DNA of 39,568 nt from Chloroflexi bacterium RBG_19FT_COMBO_62_14 (GTDB taxonomy: Bacteria > Chloroflexota > Anaerolineae > Anaerolineales > E44-bin32), in the NCBI GenBank assembly GCA_001797105.1, contig MGOM01000142.1, forward strand, positions 55,501-95,068, given 5' to 3'. The translations under genes and the position numbers were made by a program. Position 1 is the stretch's first letter. Each line of letters opens with the position of its first letter. Positions 24,006 to 32,325 of the stretch are shown here, one piece after another. The notes beneath the pieces were generated by a model, which was not told the origin of the DNA, did not search any database, and was given only the letters and a program-made list of their open reading frames with translations.

Positions 24006-25868
24006 ATGATGGCTGAGCTCGACGGGATCCAGCCGATACTGGAAGGCATTCCCTCCAAGCCTGGTTGTTATCTCATGAAAGACCGGGCGGGGAGGGTCAT
24101 TTATGTTGGTAAAGCTGTGAATCTGCGCAACAGAGTGCGCTCGTACTTTCACGCCTCGAGCGGTCACTCCCGCAAGACGGCGGAGATGGTCGGTCACATC
24201 AGTGACATCGAGTGGATCGTCGTCGATTCCGAGCTCGAGGCGCTGATCCTGGAAATGAACCTCATCAAGCGTCACCGGCCGAAATACAACATACGCTTGA
24301 AGGATGACAAGCGCTACCCGTACGTCAAAGTGCATTGGGCCGATCCATTCCCCAAGGTCACGGTTACCCGGCGGATGGAGGATGACGGGAGCCGCTATTT
24401 CGGCCCTTACACGAGCATGTGGGCCGTTCACCAGACCCTCGATGTCCTGCGCAGGATCTTCCCCTACCTGACGTGCGACCGAGTGATCACGGGCCAGGAC
24501 CCCCGGGCGTGCCTGTACCACGACATCAAGCTTTGCCTGGCGCCCTGCATCGGCGCGGTCGACCAGACGATGTATCGGGCGATGATCCATGACCTGTGTC
24601 GCTTCCTGGAAGGAAACACCGAAGCCGTCGTCGAAGGCATGCGCAGGCAGATGAATCAGGCTTCGGAGGAGATGCAGTACGAACGGGCGGCGGCCACACG
24701 CGATCAACTGACCGCTATCGAGAAGGTCGTCGAAGGGCAGAAGGTTGTCTCACAAGACAAGATCGATTCGGATGTGATCGCCTTTGCCCGGGACGACAAC
24801 GATGCATGTGTGCAGATCTTCTTCATTCGAGGGGGGAAACTGATCGGCCGCGAATACTTTGTGCTTGAGGGCACACGCCAGGCGGACGATAAGGAGGTAT
24901 TGGAAGCGTTCGTCAAGCAGTTCTACACCGAAGCAGCCCAGGTTCCGCGGCGTGTCCTTCTCCCGACGGAGATTGAGGAAAGTCGGATCATCGAGGATTG
25001 GCTCGGACGCCGCCGCGCTGACCGGAAAGTCCAGCTCGTCGTCCCCCGGCGGGGATCCAAGCGCCAGCTCATTCAGATGGCGGCGGAGAACGCCGCCGAA
25101 ACCCTGACTTCACTGCGGGCGCGCTGGGAAGCCGACCGGAGCAAGCATGTCCGGGCGCTGGCCGAGCTTCAGGATTCTCTCCGGCTCCCCGTCCCGCCCA
25201 ACCGCATCGAGTGCTACGACATCTCGAATCTGCAGGGCACAGCCGCGGCCGGCTCGATGGTGGTCTTCGAGCAGGGAAGTCCCAACCGGCGTCTCTACCG
25301 CAAGTTCACGATCAAGACCGTTCAGGGTCAGGATGATTTTGCCAGCATGGAAGAAGTGCTCCAGCGCCGACTTCGGCGCTGGCAGGTCTCTCGAGAGGAA
25401 GCGGAAAAGCCGGGCGGCAAGCTTGACCCGGCTTTTGGCATATTGCCCGAGCTGCTCATTGTCGATGGGGGGAAGGGTCAGCTGGGGCGCGCGCTGAAGG
25501 TCATTGAGTCATTCGGTTCACCCGGCTCGATGTCCGTCGCCGGCTTGGCGAAGAACCACGAAGAGATCTTCCTCCCGGATCAGCCCGATCCGGTCATCCT
25601 GCCTCGTAGCAGTGACGGTCTGTATCTCATGCAGCGCATTCGGGATGAGGCTCACCGCTTTGCCCTTCGTCAACACCAGACGCAGCGACGCATGACTGGG
25701 CTGGCTTCCCAGCTCGACTCGATCAGCGGAATCGGCCCGGCCCGACGGAAAGCGCTGATCCGGGCCTTTGGCTCGCTCGATGGGGTCAGACAGGCCCCGG
25801 TCGAAGACCTCATGAACATTCCCGGCATCACCCGCGCTCTGGCCGAACGAGTGAAAGCCGGATTGTGA
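24006..25868 (+). CDS. uvrC: Excinuclease ABC subunit C
   Basis: GIY-YIG (GCYLMKDRAGRVIYVGKAVNLRNRVRSYF). UVR domain (MQYERAAATRDQL). Endonuclease domain. C-terminal (HhH)2 (ISGIGPARRKALIRAFGS...IPGI). Confidence 0.97.
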   Translation: MMAELDGIQPILEGIPSKPGCYLMKDRAGRVIYVGKAVNLRNRVRSYFHASSGHSRKTAEMVGHISDIEWIVVDSELEALILEMNLIKRHRPKYNIRLKDDKRYPYVKVHWADPFPKVTVTRRMEDDGSRYFGPYTSMWAVHQTLDVLRRIFPYLTCDRVITGQDPRACLYHDIKLCLAPCIGAVDQTMYRAMIHDLCRFLEGNTEAVVEGMRRQMNQASEEMQYERAAATRDQLTAIEKVVEGQKVVSQDKIDSDVIAFARDDNDACVQIFFIRGGKLIGREYFVLEGTRQADDKEVLEAFVKQFYTEAAQVPRRVLLPTEIEESRIIEDWLGRRRADRKVQLVVPRRGSKRQLIQMAAENAAETLTSLRARWEADRSKHVRALAELQDSLRLPVPPNRIECYDISNLQGTAAAGSMVVFEQGSPNRRLYRKFTIKTVQGQDDFASMEEVLQRRLRRWQVSREEAEKPGGKLDPAFGILPELLIVDGGKGQLGRALKVIESFGSPGSMSVAGLAKNHEEIFLPDQPDPVILPRSSDGLYLMQRIRDEAHRFALRQHQTQRRMTGLASQLDSISGIGPARRKALIRAFGSLDGVRQAPVEDLMNIPGITRALAERVKAGL

Positions 25869-26023
25869 GGCTTCAAATGTGGATTTCGGTCGGAAGCAGG
25901 AACCGGACGAAAGCCCCATTCCCCTACGGCCCCAGCGTTGAGACAATGAAAGGGGCCGACGACCGTTAGATCGGCTGTGACGGAGAGGCCCGTCCCTGCA
26001 AGCGACCCGGGCGGGGGAGACGT

Positions 26024-26467
26024 ATGGCCACCGAGTTGCGCCCGGCTGAGCGAAGTCAAGGGTTGCCGGGACAGGCTGCATGGAGTCGGATGGCGATGCC
26101 TCAAATCTGGATTATCGACGATGATGATGAGATGATCCACGCCGTTGAGCTGATGCTCAAGCTCCTTGATTGCACGGTCTCGGCCTACCGCTCGGCCCGG
26201 ATCGCGGTCCAGGACTTGATGCAAGGGAAACGGCCGGACGTTATCCTTCTCGACATCAACATGCCGGAAGTCAGCGGGATCGACATGCTCGAATTCCTGC
26301 GACGCCAGGAGAGCTTCAAGAATATCCCGGTCGTCATGCTCTCTTCCGAAACCACCGATGTGCAGGTCGATCAAGCGATGGCCCTGGGTGCGAATGCCTT
26401 CGTCTTCAAGCCGGTGTCCATCGAAGAGTTGGAAGAGGCCCTCAAGACCGCGCTGACTCGGAATTGA
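26024..26467 (+). CDS. Single-domain CheY-like response-regulator receiver
   Basis: IWIIDDDDEM, VILLDINMPEVSG, VVMLSS, ALGANAFVFKP. The start may be 26090/26096. Confidence 0.85.
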   Translation: MATELRPAERSQGLPGQAAWSRMAMPQIWIIDDDDEMIHAVELMLKLLDCTVSAYRSARIAVQDLMQGKRPDVILLDINMPEVSGIDMLEFLRRQESFKNIPVVMLSSETTDVQVDQAMALGANAFVFKPVSIEELEEALKTALTRN

Positions 26468-26608
26468 CTGCAAGAGTCTGAGTCCACGTGATCACTCGCC
26501 GCGCCAGTCGCAAGGCCGTTCCACCGCCACTCTGACACCGTGTCTAAGGCCATTCCATACCGGGAGGCTCACCCGCAGCACAAGCGGGGGTCATTGCCCG
26601 CGTTTCGG

Positions 26609-28360
26609 CTACGGAGCTTCGCCGGAGCTGTGGCCGGGGGGCTCGATAAGGATCCCCAGGCGGGCAGCCGCCTCACACAGCTTGCGCCAGTCGCGTTCGG
26701 CGACGCAGGCGCTCGTTGGCCCGAGGACCTCGCGCACAAAGCGGTTGGTAGCCCGATTCGTGCGAAGCTCCTCCAGAACAGCGGCTTGGCCGACTCTGAA
26801 CACCAGCAGGCGCTCGAGACGAGCCTCGGTGCCCCTTTCGGCCCAACGATCTAGGGCCCGGGATAGAGACTGAGGAAGCTCAGTTTCGGAGGCACTAGAG
26901 AGGATCGCTCGTGCATGACCGACCTGCAGCCCTTGCTCCGAGGCGGCCCGCAGGCTGTCCGGTGTCAGCCGGTATTGGTACACCTCGGATCCTCTGGCCT
27001 CCCAGGCGCAAAAGCGGGCGATCTGGTAACGCACAACGGGGGGCGCCAAGCGCGGAACCGTAATCAGCCCGTCAGGTCTCAAGATGACCTGTGCTCCAAT
27101 CTCGGGGGTGCTCGGAGGCGAGAACGAGACAGGTCTCGACAAGGCCGCGAACGCCGGCGTCAGACGGAAGGCGACGATCGGGCCATCGGAACCGGTGCTA
27201 CCCAGATCGGCCATCCCAAGCCAGTGGAGGGGACCGGTGATCAAACCGTGGATGAGAGCGCCTTCGACGGCATGCCAGTGGCCCAGCCCGCGCAGGAATG
27301 CCCCGGTCCGCGTATCCTGCAAGTACCATGAGTCGAAGGCCCCCGCTGGTCTCTGAAAGAATGGGCGGATATCCTCCACCGATTGAATGAAGCCAGCCAG
27401 GTCCCACCATTCGCCGGGGGCTACCTGTCCCAGGAACTCGAGGATAGCCTGCCGTGAAACCAGAGGATCATTGGGCCAGCCCCCTTGAGCCACTCGAAGA
27501 TGGGGGATATGGGCGAGATCGTTCCACCTCTTCGTTCCAGTCCAGGTGCGTCGCAGCCGGTCCAGGATGTCACATCGGTTGGAATCGAGCAGCTCCCGGA
27601 CGGCCTCGGGATCGGGTTTGAGCTTGTCGCCGGGGAGAACACCTTTTTCAACGAGGCAGGACACCAGAAGCTGGATCGATGTTGGTTGGTGGAGAAAGGG
27701 TACCAGGCCCTCCACCCGCTCCGCCGACAGACTGTTGGCGGCGGGCGGTCGGCGGCGCAGCGCCGCCAGGAGGGTGACCAGGTCGTCGACCGCCCAATCG
27801 GCCGTGGGCCAGACTTGCTCGAGCTGGGTGGCAGGCTTCGGGGTGATCGTCTCGGGGCCTGCCTCGGTTGCAGGGAGCTGGGCCAGGAGATCGTCCGGGA
27901 TGTATCCGAACTCCTGAGGTCCAGCCGGGGTGTCGAGAAACGACCGCGCGATCAAGCCGCGATACCACAGGGCCTCGAGCGCCGACGGGCCGTTGCGCCA
28001 TGGTTGCTCCCGGTCGCGCCGGCCGGGCCCCATCTGGCGGAGAGGTCCGTACTTCCGGGTCAGATCGGCGAGGGGCAGACGACCTTCGTTACGCTGGACT
28101 GCCTCCAGCGCCGCATAGGCGAGGGGCGGGAGCCCGTCAATGATTTCGGACAGCAGTCCGGGATCGAGCATAGCCCGTGAGAGCTCGCCGGCGAGCATTG
28201 CGGCACTCCCGCGTCGGAGATCGAGACCCCACAGGGCGGCGACGATGCGCAGATATCCGGGGTCCTGGTCTTGGAGCGCGACGGCTAGAGTTGGCATGCG
28301 ATGAGCGGGATGGTCCTGATCGCCCGTCGATCCGTGGACGAAGCCCGGCCAGGCGGTCAA
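26609..28360 (-). CDS. Uncharacterised protein whose C-terminal ~120 aa resemble the XPB N-terminal damage-recognition (Helicase_C_3-type) module
   Basis: YQYRLTPDSLRAASEQGLQVGHARAILSS...LPQSL...LDRWAERG...LVFRV...AVLEEL. From memory, this follows the pattern of the bacterial XPB N-terminus (YRITPLALWNA...G...L...S...VPQPL...). Start uncertain: TTG 28360 or ATG 28297. Confidence 0.55.
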   Translation of the reverse strand: MTAWPGFVHGSTGDQDHPAHRMPTLAVALQDQDPGYLRIVAALWGLDLRRGSAAMLAGELSRAMLDPGLLSEIIDGLPPLAYAALEAVQRNEGRLPLADLTRKYGPLRQMGPGRRDREQPWRNGPSALEALWYRGLIARSFLDTPAGPQEFGYIPDDLLAQLPATEAGPETITPKPATQLEQVWPTADWAVDDLVTLLAALRRRPPAANSLSAERVEGLVPFLHQPTSIQLLVSCLVEKGVLPGDKLKPDPEAVRELLDSNRCDILDRLRRTWTGTKRWNDLAHIPHLRVAQGGWPNDPLVSRQAILEFLGQVAPGEWWDLAGFIQSVEDIRPFFQRPAGAFDSWYLQDTRTGAFLRGLGHWHAVEGALIHGLITGPLHWLGMADLGSTGSDGPIVAFRLTPAFAALSRPVSFSPPSTPEIGAQVILRPDGLITVPRLAPPVVRYQIARFCAWEARGSEVYQYRLTPDSLRAASEQGLQVGHARAILSSASETELPQSLSRALDRWAERGTEARLERLLVFRVGQAAVLEELRTNRATNRFVREVLGPTSACVAERDWRKLCEAAARLGILIEPPGHSSGEAP

Positions 28361-28369
28361 CCGGACGAT

Positions 28370-29281
28370 TCAGACGATCACTCGAAGCGCGGCAGGCATG
28401 ATCTCGACCTCGATGTCGCGCACCTTCGAAGTCAGCCCGGCGAACATCTCGCCGTCGGTGTGGATGGGCAACGGGGCTTCCGAGCTGAGCTGCATCCGGC
28501 GGAAACTGCCCAGGTGTACCGGTTTGAAACGACCGTGGGTACCCTTCATCACTTCGGGGATCAGACGGAACATCATCAGGCGCGACACCCGCTCAATCAT
28601 GGCGTAGTGCAGCAGTCCATCATCCGGCTTCGCCTCGGGTGCGACAAAGAACCCGCCTCCCTCACGTGGCCCGTTGCACAACGCCAACATCAGGACCTCC
28701 TTCTCGATCGTCTCCTCGTCCGTGACGATTCTCATCCGAGGGGCGTTATGGTTCCGCAGGATCGTTTGAATGACCGCCCACAGGTACATGCTGAACCCTT
28801 GCAGGCGGGTGATCTGGTAGGAATAGTGGGTGACGGTTGCGTCGAAGCCGATTCCCATCGTGTTGTCCCAGTACACTACCCGGCCATCCGCGTCACTGAG
28901 TTTACCGATATCGATCGCTCTTGTCTCTCCGGCGAAGACCCTCTGCATGGCGACTTCTGGGTCCGCCTGAATACCGACGTTCGAGCAGAAGTCGTTTCCA
29001 GAACCGATGGGCACCGCCGCCATCTTCGGCCGCCGATTGGGTGGGACACGCATGAGGCCGTTTGTCACTTCGTGCACCGTCCCATCCCCGCCTAGAGCGG
29101 CAACGACATCAAAACCCTGACGGGCGGCCTCCTCGGCCAGATCGGTCGCGTGGGCCGGGTATTCCGTCGGCGCCCAGTCGACGTTGCTGTGCTGCGTAAT
29201 GACGGATTGTAGGGAAGAGGCGATGTCCCAAGCCCGGCCGCGGTCTGCGTGTGCATTGAAGATAAGTCTAATGCGGGTCAT
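28370..29281 (-). CDS. Diacylglycerol-kinase-family lipid kinase (DAGK_cat; YegS/BmrU-like)
   Basis: VVAALGGDGTVHEVTNGL. GGAGG lies 9 nt upstream of ATG 29281. The longer track ORF has an Arg-rich, non-protein-like extension. Confidence 0.88.
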   Translation of the reverse strand: MTRIRLIFNAHADRGRAWDIASSLQSVITQHSNVDWAPTEYPAHATDLAEEAARQGFDVVAALGGDGTVHEVTNGLMRVPPNRRPKMAAVPIGSGNDFCSNVGIQADPEVAMQRVFAGETRAIDIGKLSDADGRVVYWDNTMGIGFDATVTHYSYQITRLQGFSMYLWAVIQTILRNHNAPRMRIVTDEETIEKEVLMLALCNGPREGGGFFVAPEAKPDDGLLHYAMIERVSRLMMFRLIPEVMKGTHGRFKPVHLGSFRRMQLSSEAPLPIHTDGEMFAGLTSKVRDIEVEIMPAALRVIV

Positions 29282-29545
29282 GTTGCGGCCTCCGAGGCGT
29301 CGAGTCCTGCGTCGTGGAGTTTGGTGCGGCGCGGTGTCCGCGACCCATTCCGATGTATGCGAACCGAGCGATGCGGAAGTTGTTTCTCGATCTTGAGTTC
29401 GTGCCTGGCTTCGCCGCCGAGGGACTGCGCTCCGGCACAATGGTCCACCGGCGATGCGATACGGCCCAGATCCGTTCGGGTGTCACGCAAGGCGGGCGCA
29501 GGCGGCCCATCCCCACTAATCCCACCTGACTTGGAACGTAATTCA

Positions 29546-29551
29546 ATTATA
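29546..29551 (-). promoter_or_regulatory. Perfect TATAAT hexamer on the minus strand, in an AT-rich patch upstream of the lipid-kinase gene
   Basis: Minus strand reads TTGACTATAAT. It would give a ~260-nt 5' UTR. No good -35 at 17 bp. Confidence 0.3.
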
Positions 29552-29622
29552 GTCAAAACCTCGAGGCGATTAGAAGTCGATGTTTGAGTCGAGTGTTAGT
29601 ACCTTTTTTAAGCGTGCCGCGC

Positions 29623-29651
29623 TTGACTTGCGACATGGAGACCGCTAAAGT
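29623..29651 (+). promoter_or_regulatory. Sigma70-like promoter (-35 TTGACT, 17-bp spacer, -10 TAAAGT)
   Basis: TTGACT 29623-29628, 17 nt, TAAAGT 29646-29651. Predicted TSS around 29658. Confidence 0.55.
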
Positions 29652-29657
29652 GTGTGC

Positions 29658-29922
29658 AATAGAGCCTCAGGCCACCAAAGGACTGCATGGCCCGCGTAGT
29701 CCGTGGCTAACCTCCGGCCAACCTGCCCGCACTCCCGCCCGGGAGTTGCTCGGGAAAAGAATGCGCCGACCGGCTGGAGTGACGCCCTTCCGTACTGTGT
29801 GACGACGCGGAGCCCTTCCGGCAAGAGCGGCAGTGCCGGCCGTCCTGCGGATGACAGGAGGCTCTCTCCTAATGATCATGGAGAGCTCCATTCGACCGGC
29901 CCTTGGGTCGGTCGTTTCTTTT
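29658..29922 (+). ncRNA. Candidate ~265-nt structured RNA (class unassigned), bounded by a promoter and an intrinsic terminator
   Basis: Nested long-range helices: 29661-29668/29858-29865 (8 bp), 29692-29701/29801-29810 (10 bp, 1 mismatch), 29712-29719/29772-29779 (8 bp, 1 G-U), plus local hairpins. No credible ORF and no downstream same-strand gene. Confidence 0.5.
29893..29922 (+). terminator. Rho-independent terminator (9-bp GC-rich stem, CTTG loop, TTTCTTTT tail)
   Basis: CGACCGGCC-cttg-GGTCGGTCG followed by TTTCTTTT, read directly. Confidence 0.75.
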
Positions 29923-30013
29923 CCAGCCAGTCCGGGCGACCTGCGCTCCCCTGAGCGCTGCAGGAGAAGACCGGACGGCCACCCGGCCTGCGCCGACAAG
30001 GCACAGACGCCCC

Positions 30014-31267
30014 TCACCCCGTCGTCGCCTTGAGATCCCCTTTTTCGCCACCTCTAGGTCCCTTCGGCACGACCAGCTTGAACCAGGCCGGGACGACCGC
30101 CAGGCTGCCCAGGGCCACTGTGAACAGGAACGGCGCCTGCGGGCCGAACAGCTTCCAGAGCTGTCCTCCGATCCATGGCGAGGGCAGAGAGAGAATTCCG
30201 GTGCTGGTCGTGATGAGTGCATAGGATATCCCCCGAAGTGACTGGGGGACCCCTTTCGAGATCAGGGACTGAATCGGTGGATCCATCAAGGCAACTCCGA
30301 TGGCCAGCATCGACCACGACAGGGTAAACCCCCAGAAGCCTTGGGCGAAGGCGAAGGCCAGGCGTGAGCTCAGGACCATGAAGAGACCGGAGATCAACCC
30401 GACCCTGTCGCTTGTCTTATCGGCGAACCAGCCGGCCGGGAAGCCGAAGGCGACGAGGACGATCCCGAACATCCCATCCAGAAGGCCGATCTGTTGGATG
30501 GTCAGGCCGCCGATATCGCTGAGATAAACCGGCATCAGATCGAACGAGAGCCTGAAAGCGACATCGCGCACGCCGTCTGTGATCAGAAGCCATGTCACCA
30601 GGCCGCCGGAGAAAACGAGAGCCGCCATCTGGACCATGGAAGTCCGCATCGACGCCCATGTTGGTGCGGGACGGGCCGTAGCTCGGGAGGGGCGACGGCT
30701 GAGGTGATCGAGAATGAGGAAGACGTCGGCGGCCAGGGCGAAGAGCATTGCCGCGCCGACAAACATGAATCGAAAGCCAAGGTTCTGGGCCAGGAAGCCC
30801 CCGATGGGTGCGCCGAAGATCCAGGCCAGGTTCACCGCCGATTCCGAGATCCCAAAAACCCGCCCCCGGTATTTCTCACTCGTGTAGTCGGCGACGTAGG
30901 CCTTGTACGAGGGCCAGGTCAATGCGACGGAAAGAGCAAGGAAGGCCGCACCAATGAGGGCCAGTGGCCAGATCCGGACCAGGGCGAAGGCGGCGAAAGC
31001 AAACACACCTGCAGCGCTGCCCAGGGCTAGAGCGCGTAAGCGGCCAAGGGCATCCGACAGCCAGCCGCCGACGATGCCCAGGGCGAGCACAAGCCCGCCG
31101 GAAATCGTGAAGAAGAACCCGATCTGTCCAACGTCTGCGCCAAGCGATAGCAGGAAGACGGGGATCTGGATCGCCGTCATCGTACGCGCCGTCTCCGCAA
31201 GTGCCATCGCCGCCAGGAAGACGCCGAGGCGTTTGGACACAAACGGCGGCAAGCTGTTATTGCCCAT
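30014..31267 (-). CDS. MFS transporter (12 TM)
   Basis: Motif-A-like GGWLSDALGRLRAL. Hydrophobic periodicity throughout. Start ATG 31267 is preferred; the track start is 31405. Confidence 0.85.
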   Translation of the reverse strand: MGNNSLPPFVSKRLGVFLAAMALAETARTMTAIQIPVFLLSLGADVGQIGFFFTISGGLVLALGIVGGWLSDALGRLRALALGSAAGVFAFAAFALVRIWPLALIGAAFLALSVALTWPSYKAYVADYTSEKYRGRVFGISESAVNLAWIFGAPIGGFLAQNLGFRFMFVGAAMLFALAADVFLILDHLSRRPSRATARPAPTWASMRTSMVQMAALVFSGGLVTWLLITDGVRDVAFRLSFDLMPVYLSDIGGLTIQQIGLLDGMFGIVLVAFGFPAGWFADKTSDRVGLISGLFMVLSSRLAFAFAQGFWGFTLSWSMLAIGVALMDPPIQSLISKGVPQSLRGISYALITTSTGILSLPSPWIGGQLWKLFGPQAPFLFTVALGSLAVVPAWFKLVVPKGPRGGEKGDLKATTG

Positions 31268-31507
31268 GACTACGGCACTGCCCCCATCGTGAATTGTGGC
31301 GCGAGGCCCAAGCCGGGGAGAAAGACCGCTGGGCGAAGGAGGACTCGTCCAGCCAGTTGATCTGAAGCCAGGTGCTATTGTGCCACCTTCAAGACGCAGA
31401 TGCAACCATGCTCTGGCACGAATGAGTGACCATTGCCGACCGAGTTCAATTCAATGCAGCATTGGCGAGCGGGGAGCGACATTGCGGGGGTGGAAAGCAG
31501 AACCGGC

Positions 31508-32137
31508 CTAAGACGGCTCGGCCAGGAAAGAGCGGACTGCTTCGATGGCTTGCTTCGGGGTCTGGAACAACACGCCGCGCAGCCCCAGAGTCTGCGCGGC
31601 CATCACATTCTCTTGCATGTCATCTACAAACACTGTCTCTTCTGCTCGCACGCCGAGCTGCCGCAGGGCCAGGTCGAAGATGGCCGGGTCCGGTTTTGCC
31701 ATTCCAACCTCGGCAGAGATCACGATCGCATCGAAGGCGTCGGCGATCTTCCATTCAACCTCAAGAAAATGCCGCAGATCCGTCCACGCGTTGGAGAGAA
31801 GACCGGTCAGATACCTGGGCCTTAGGCTTCGAATATAACCGACCAGATCGCCGTCGACTCGATCGCCGGCCCAGAAGTCCTCCTCAAGGCGCATTCGCTC
31901 TTCAGGAGGCAATCCGAGCTGGCCGAGGATCCAGGTCCAAACCTCTTCGGGTCCGATCTTTCCGAGGGCAGCCTTCTCACCGGCTTCGCCGCGGAAGACC
32001 ATCCCCTCTAACGCGTTCGGGGAAAGACCGAGGCGGGCCTCCCACCGGGATCGCCGGCTGTGGTCGTGGGTGCGAACGATCACGCCGCCCATGTCCCATA
32101 TGACGGCGCGCAGGGTCATTGGAGTGCTCGCCAGCAA
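31508..32137 (-). CDS. HAD-superfamily hydrolase (subfamily IA-like)
   Basis: Motif I AVIWDMGGVIV. LLSNA. Motif IV VFVDDMQENV. Confidence 0.85.
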   Translation of the reverse strand: MLASTPMTLRAVIWDMGGVIVRTHDHSRRSRWEARLGLSPNALEGMVFRGEAGEKAALGKIGPEEVWTWILGQLGLPPEERMRLEEDFWAGDRVDGDLVGYIRSLRPRYLTGLLSNAWTDLRHFLEVEWKIADAFDAIVISAEVGMAKPDPAIFDLALRQLGVRAEETVFVDDMQENVMAAQTLGLRGVLFQTPKQAIEAVRSFLAEPS

Positions 32138-32325
32138 GGATGTATTTCCCCTCCGGCTGGGACCGAATCTCCGCCCGAACCGCCCGCGCGCATGCTTCCT
32201 GCCTGCCTGACTCGCAGCTGATGATCGCCGGGCCTTCGGCGAGTTGCCGAGTCGAAAGGCGATCGGTGTGGCTGCCGATTCGTTCGCGCCGCGCTGTCAG
32301 CGAGCACCGCCGCGCCCAGACCCGG

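Noticed and set aside
23988-24707. 239-aa minus-strand ORF (and 25670-26473, 28301-29095, 31426-32103, 3250-4059, 1929-2627) overlapping well-supported genes
   Set aside because: All lie antisense to genes with unambiguous family motifs (uvrC, CheY-like receiver, DAG kinase, HAD hydrolase, Moco oxidoreductase, histidine kinase), and none shows recognisable motifs.
29658-29922. Assignment of the structured RNA to SRP RNA, 6S RNA, RNase P RNA or tmRNA
   Set aside because: The invariant SRP helix-8 sequence (GGAAGCAGC context), the RNase P GAGGAAAGUCC box and the tmRNA tag/acceptor features are absent on both strands. The multi-branched fold and ~265-nt length do not fit 6S. The cobalamin-riboswitch resemblance is only partial, so it was not called.
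29872-30033. 53-aa ORF preceded by AGGAGG (29856-29861) inside the RNA candidate
   Set aside because: The ORF runs straight through the intrinsic terminator and into the 3' end of the convergent MFS gene. It is Arg/Pro-rich, and the AGGAGG is part of the 3' strand of the closing helix. It was kept only as a possible sequestered SD-like element.
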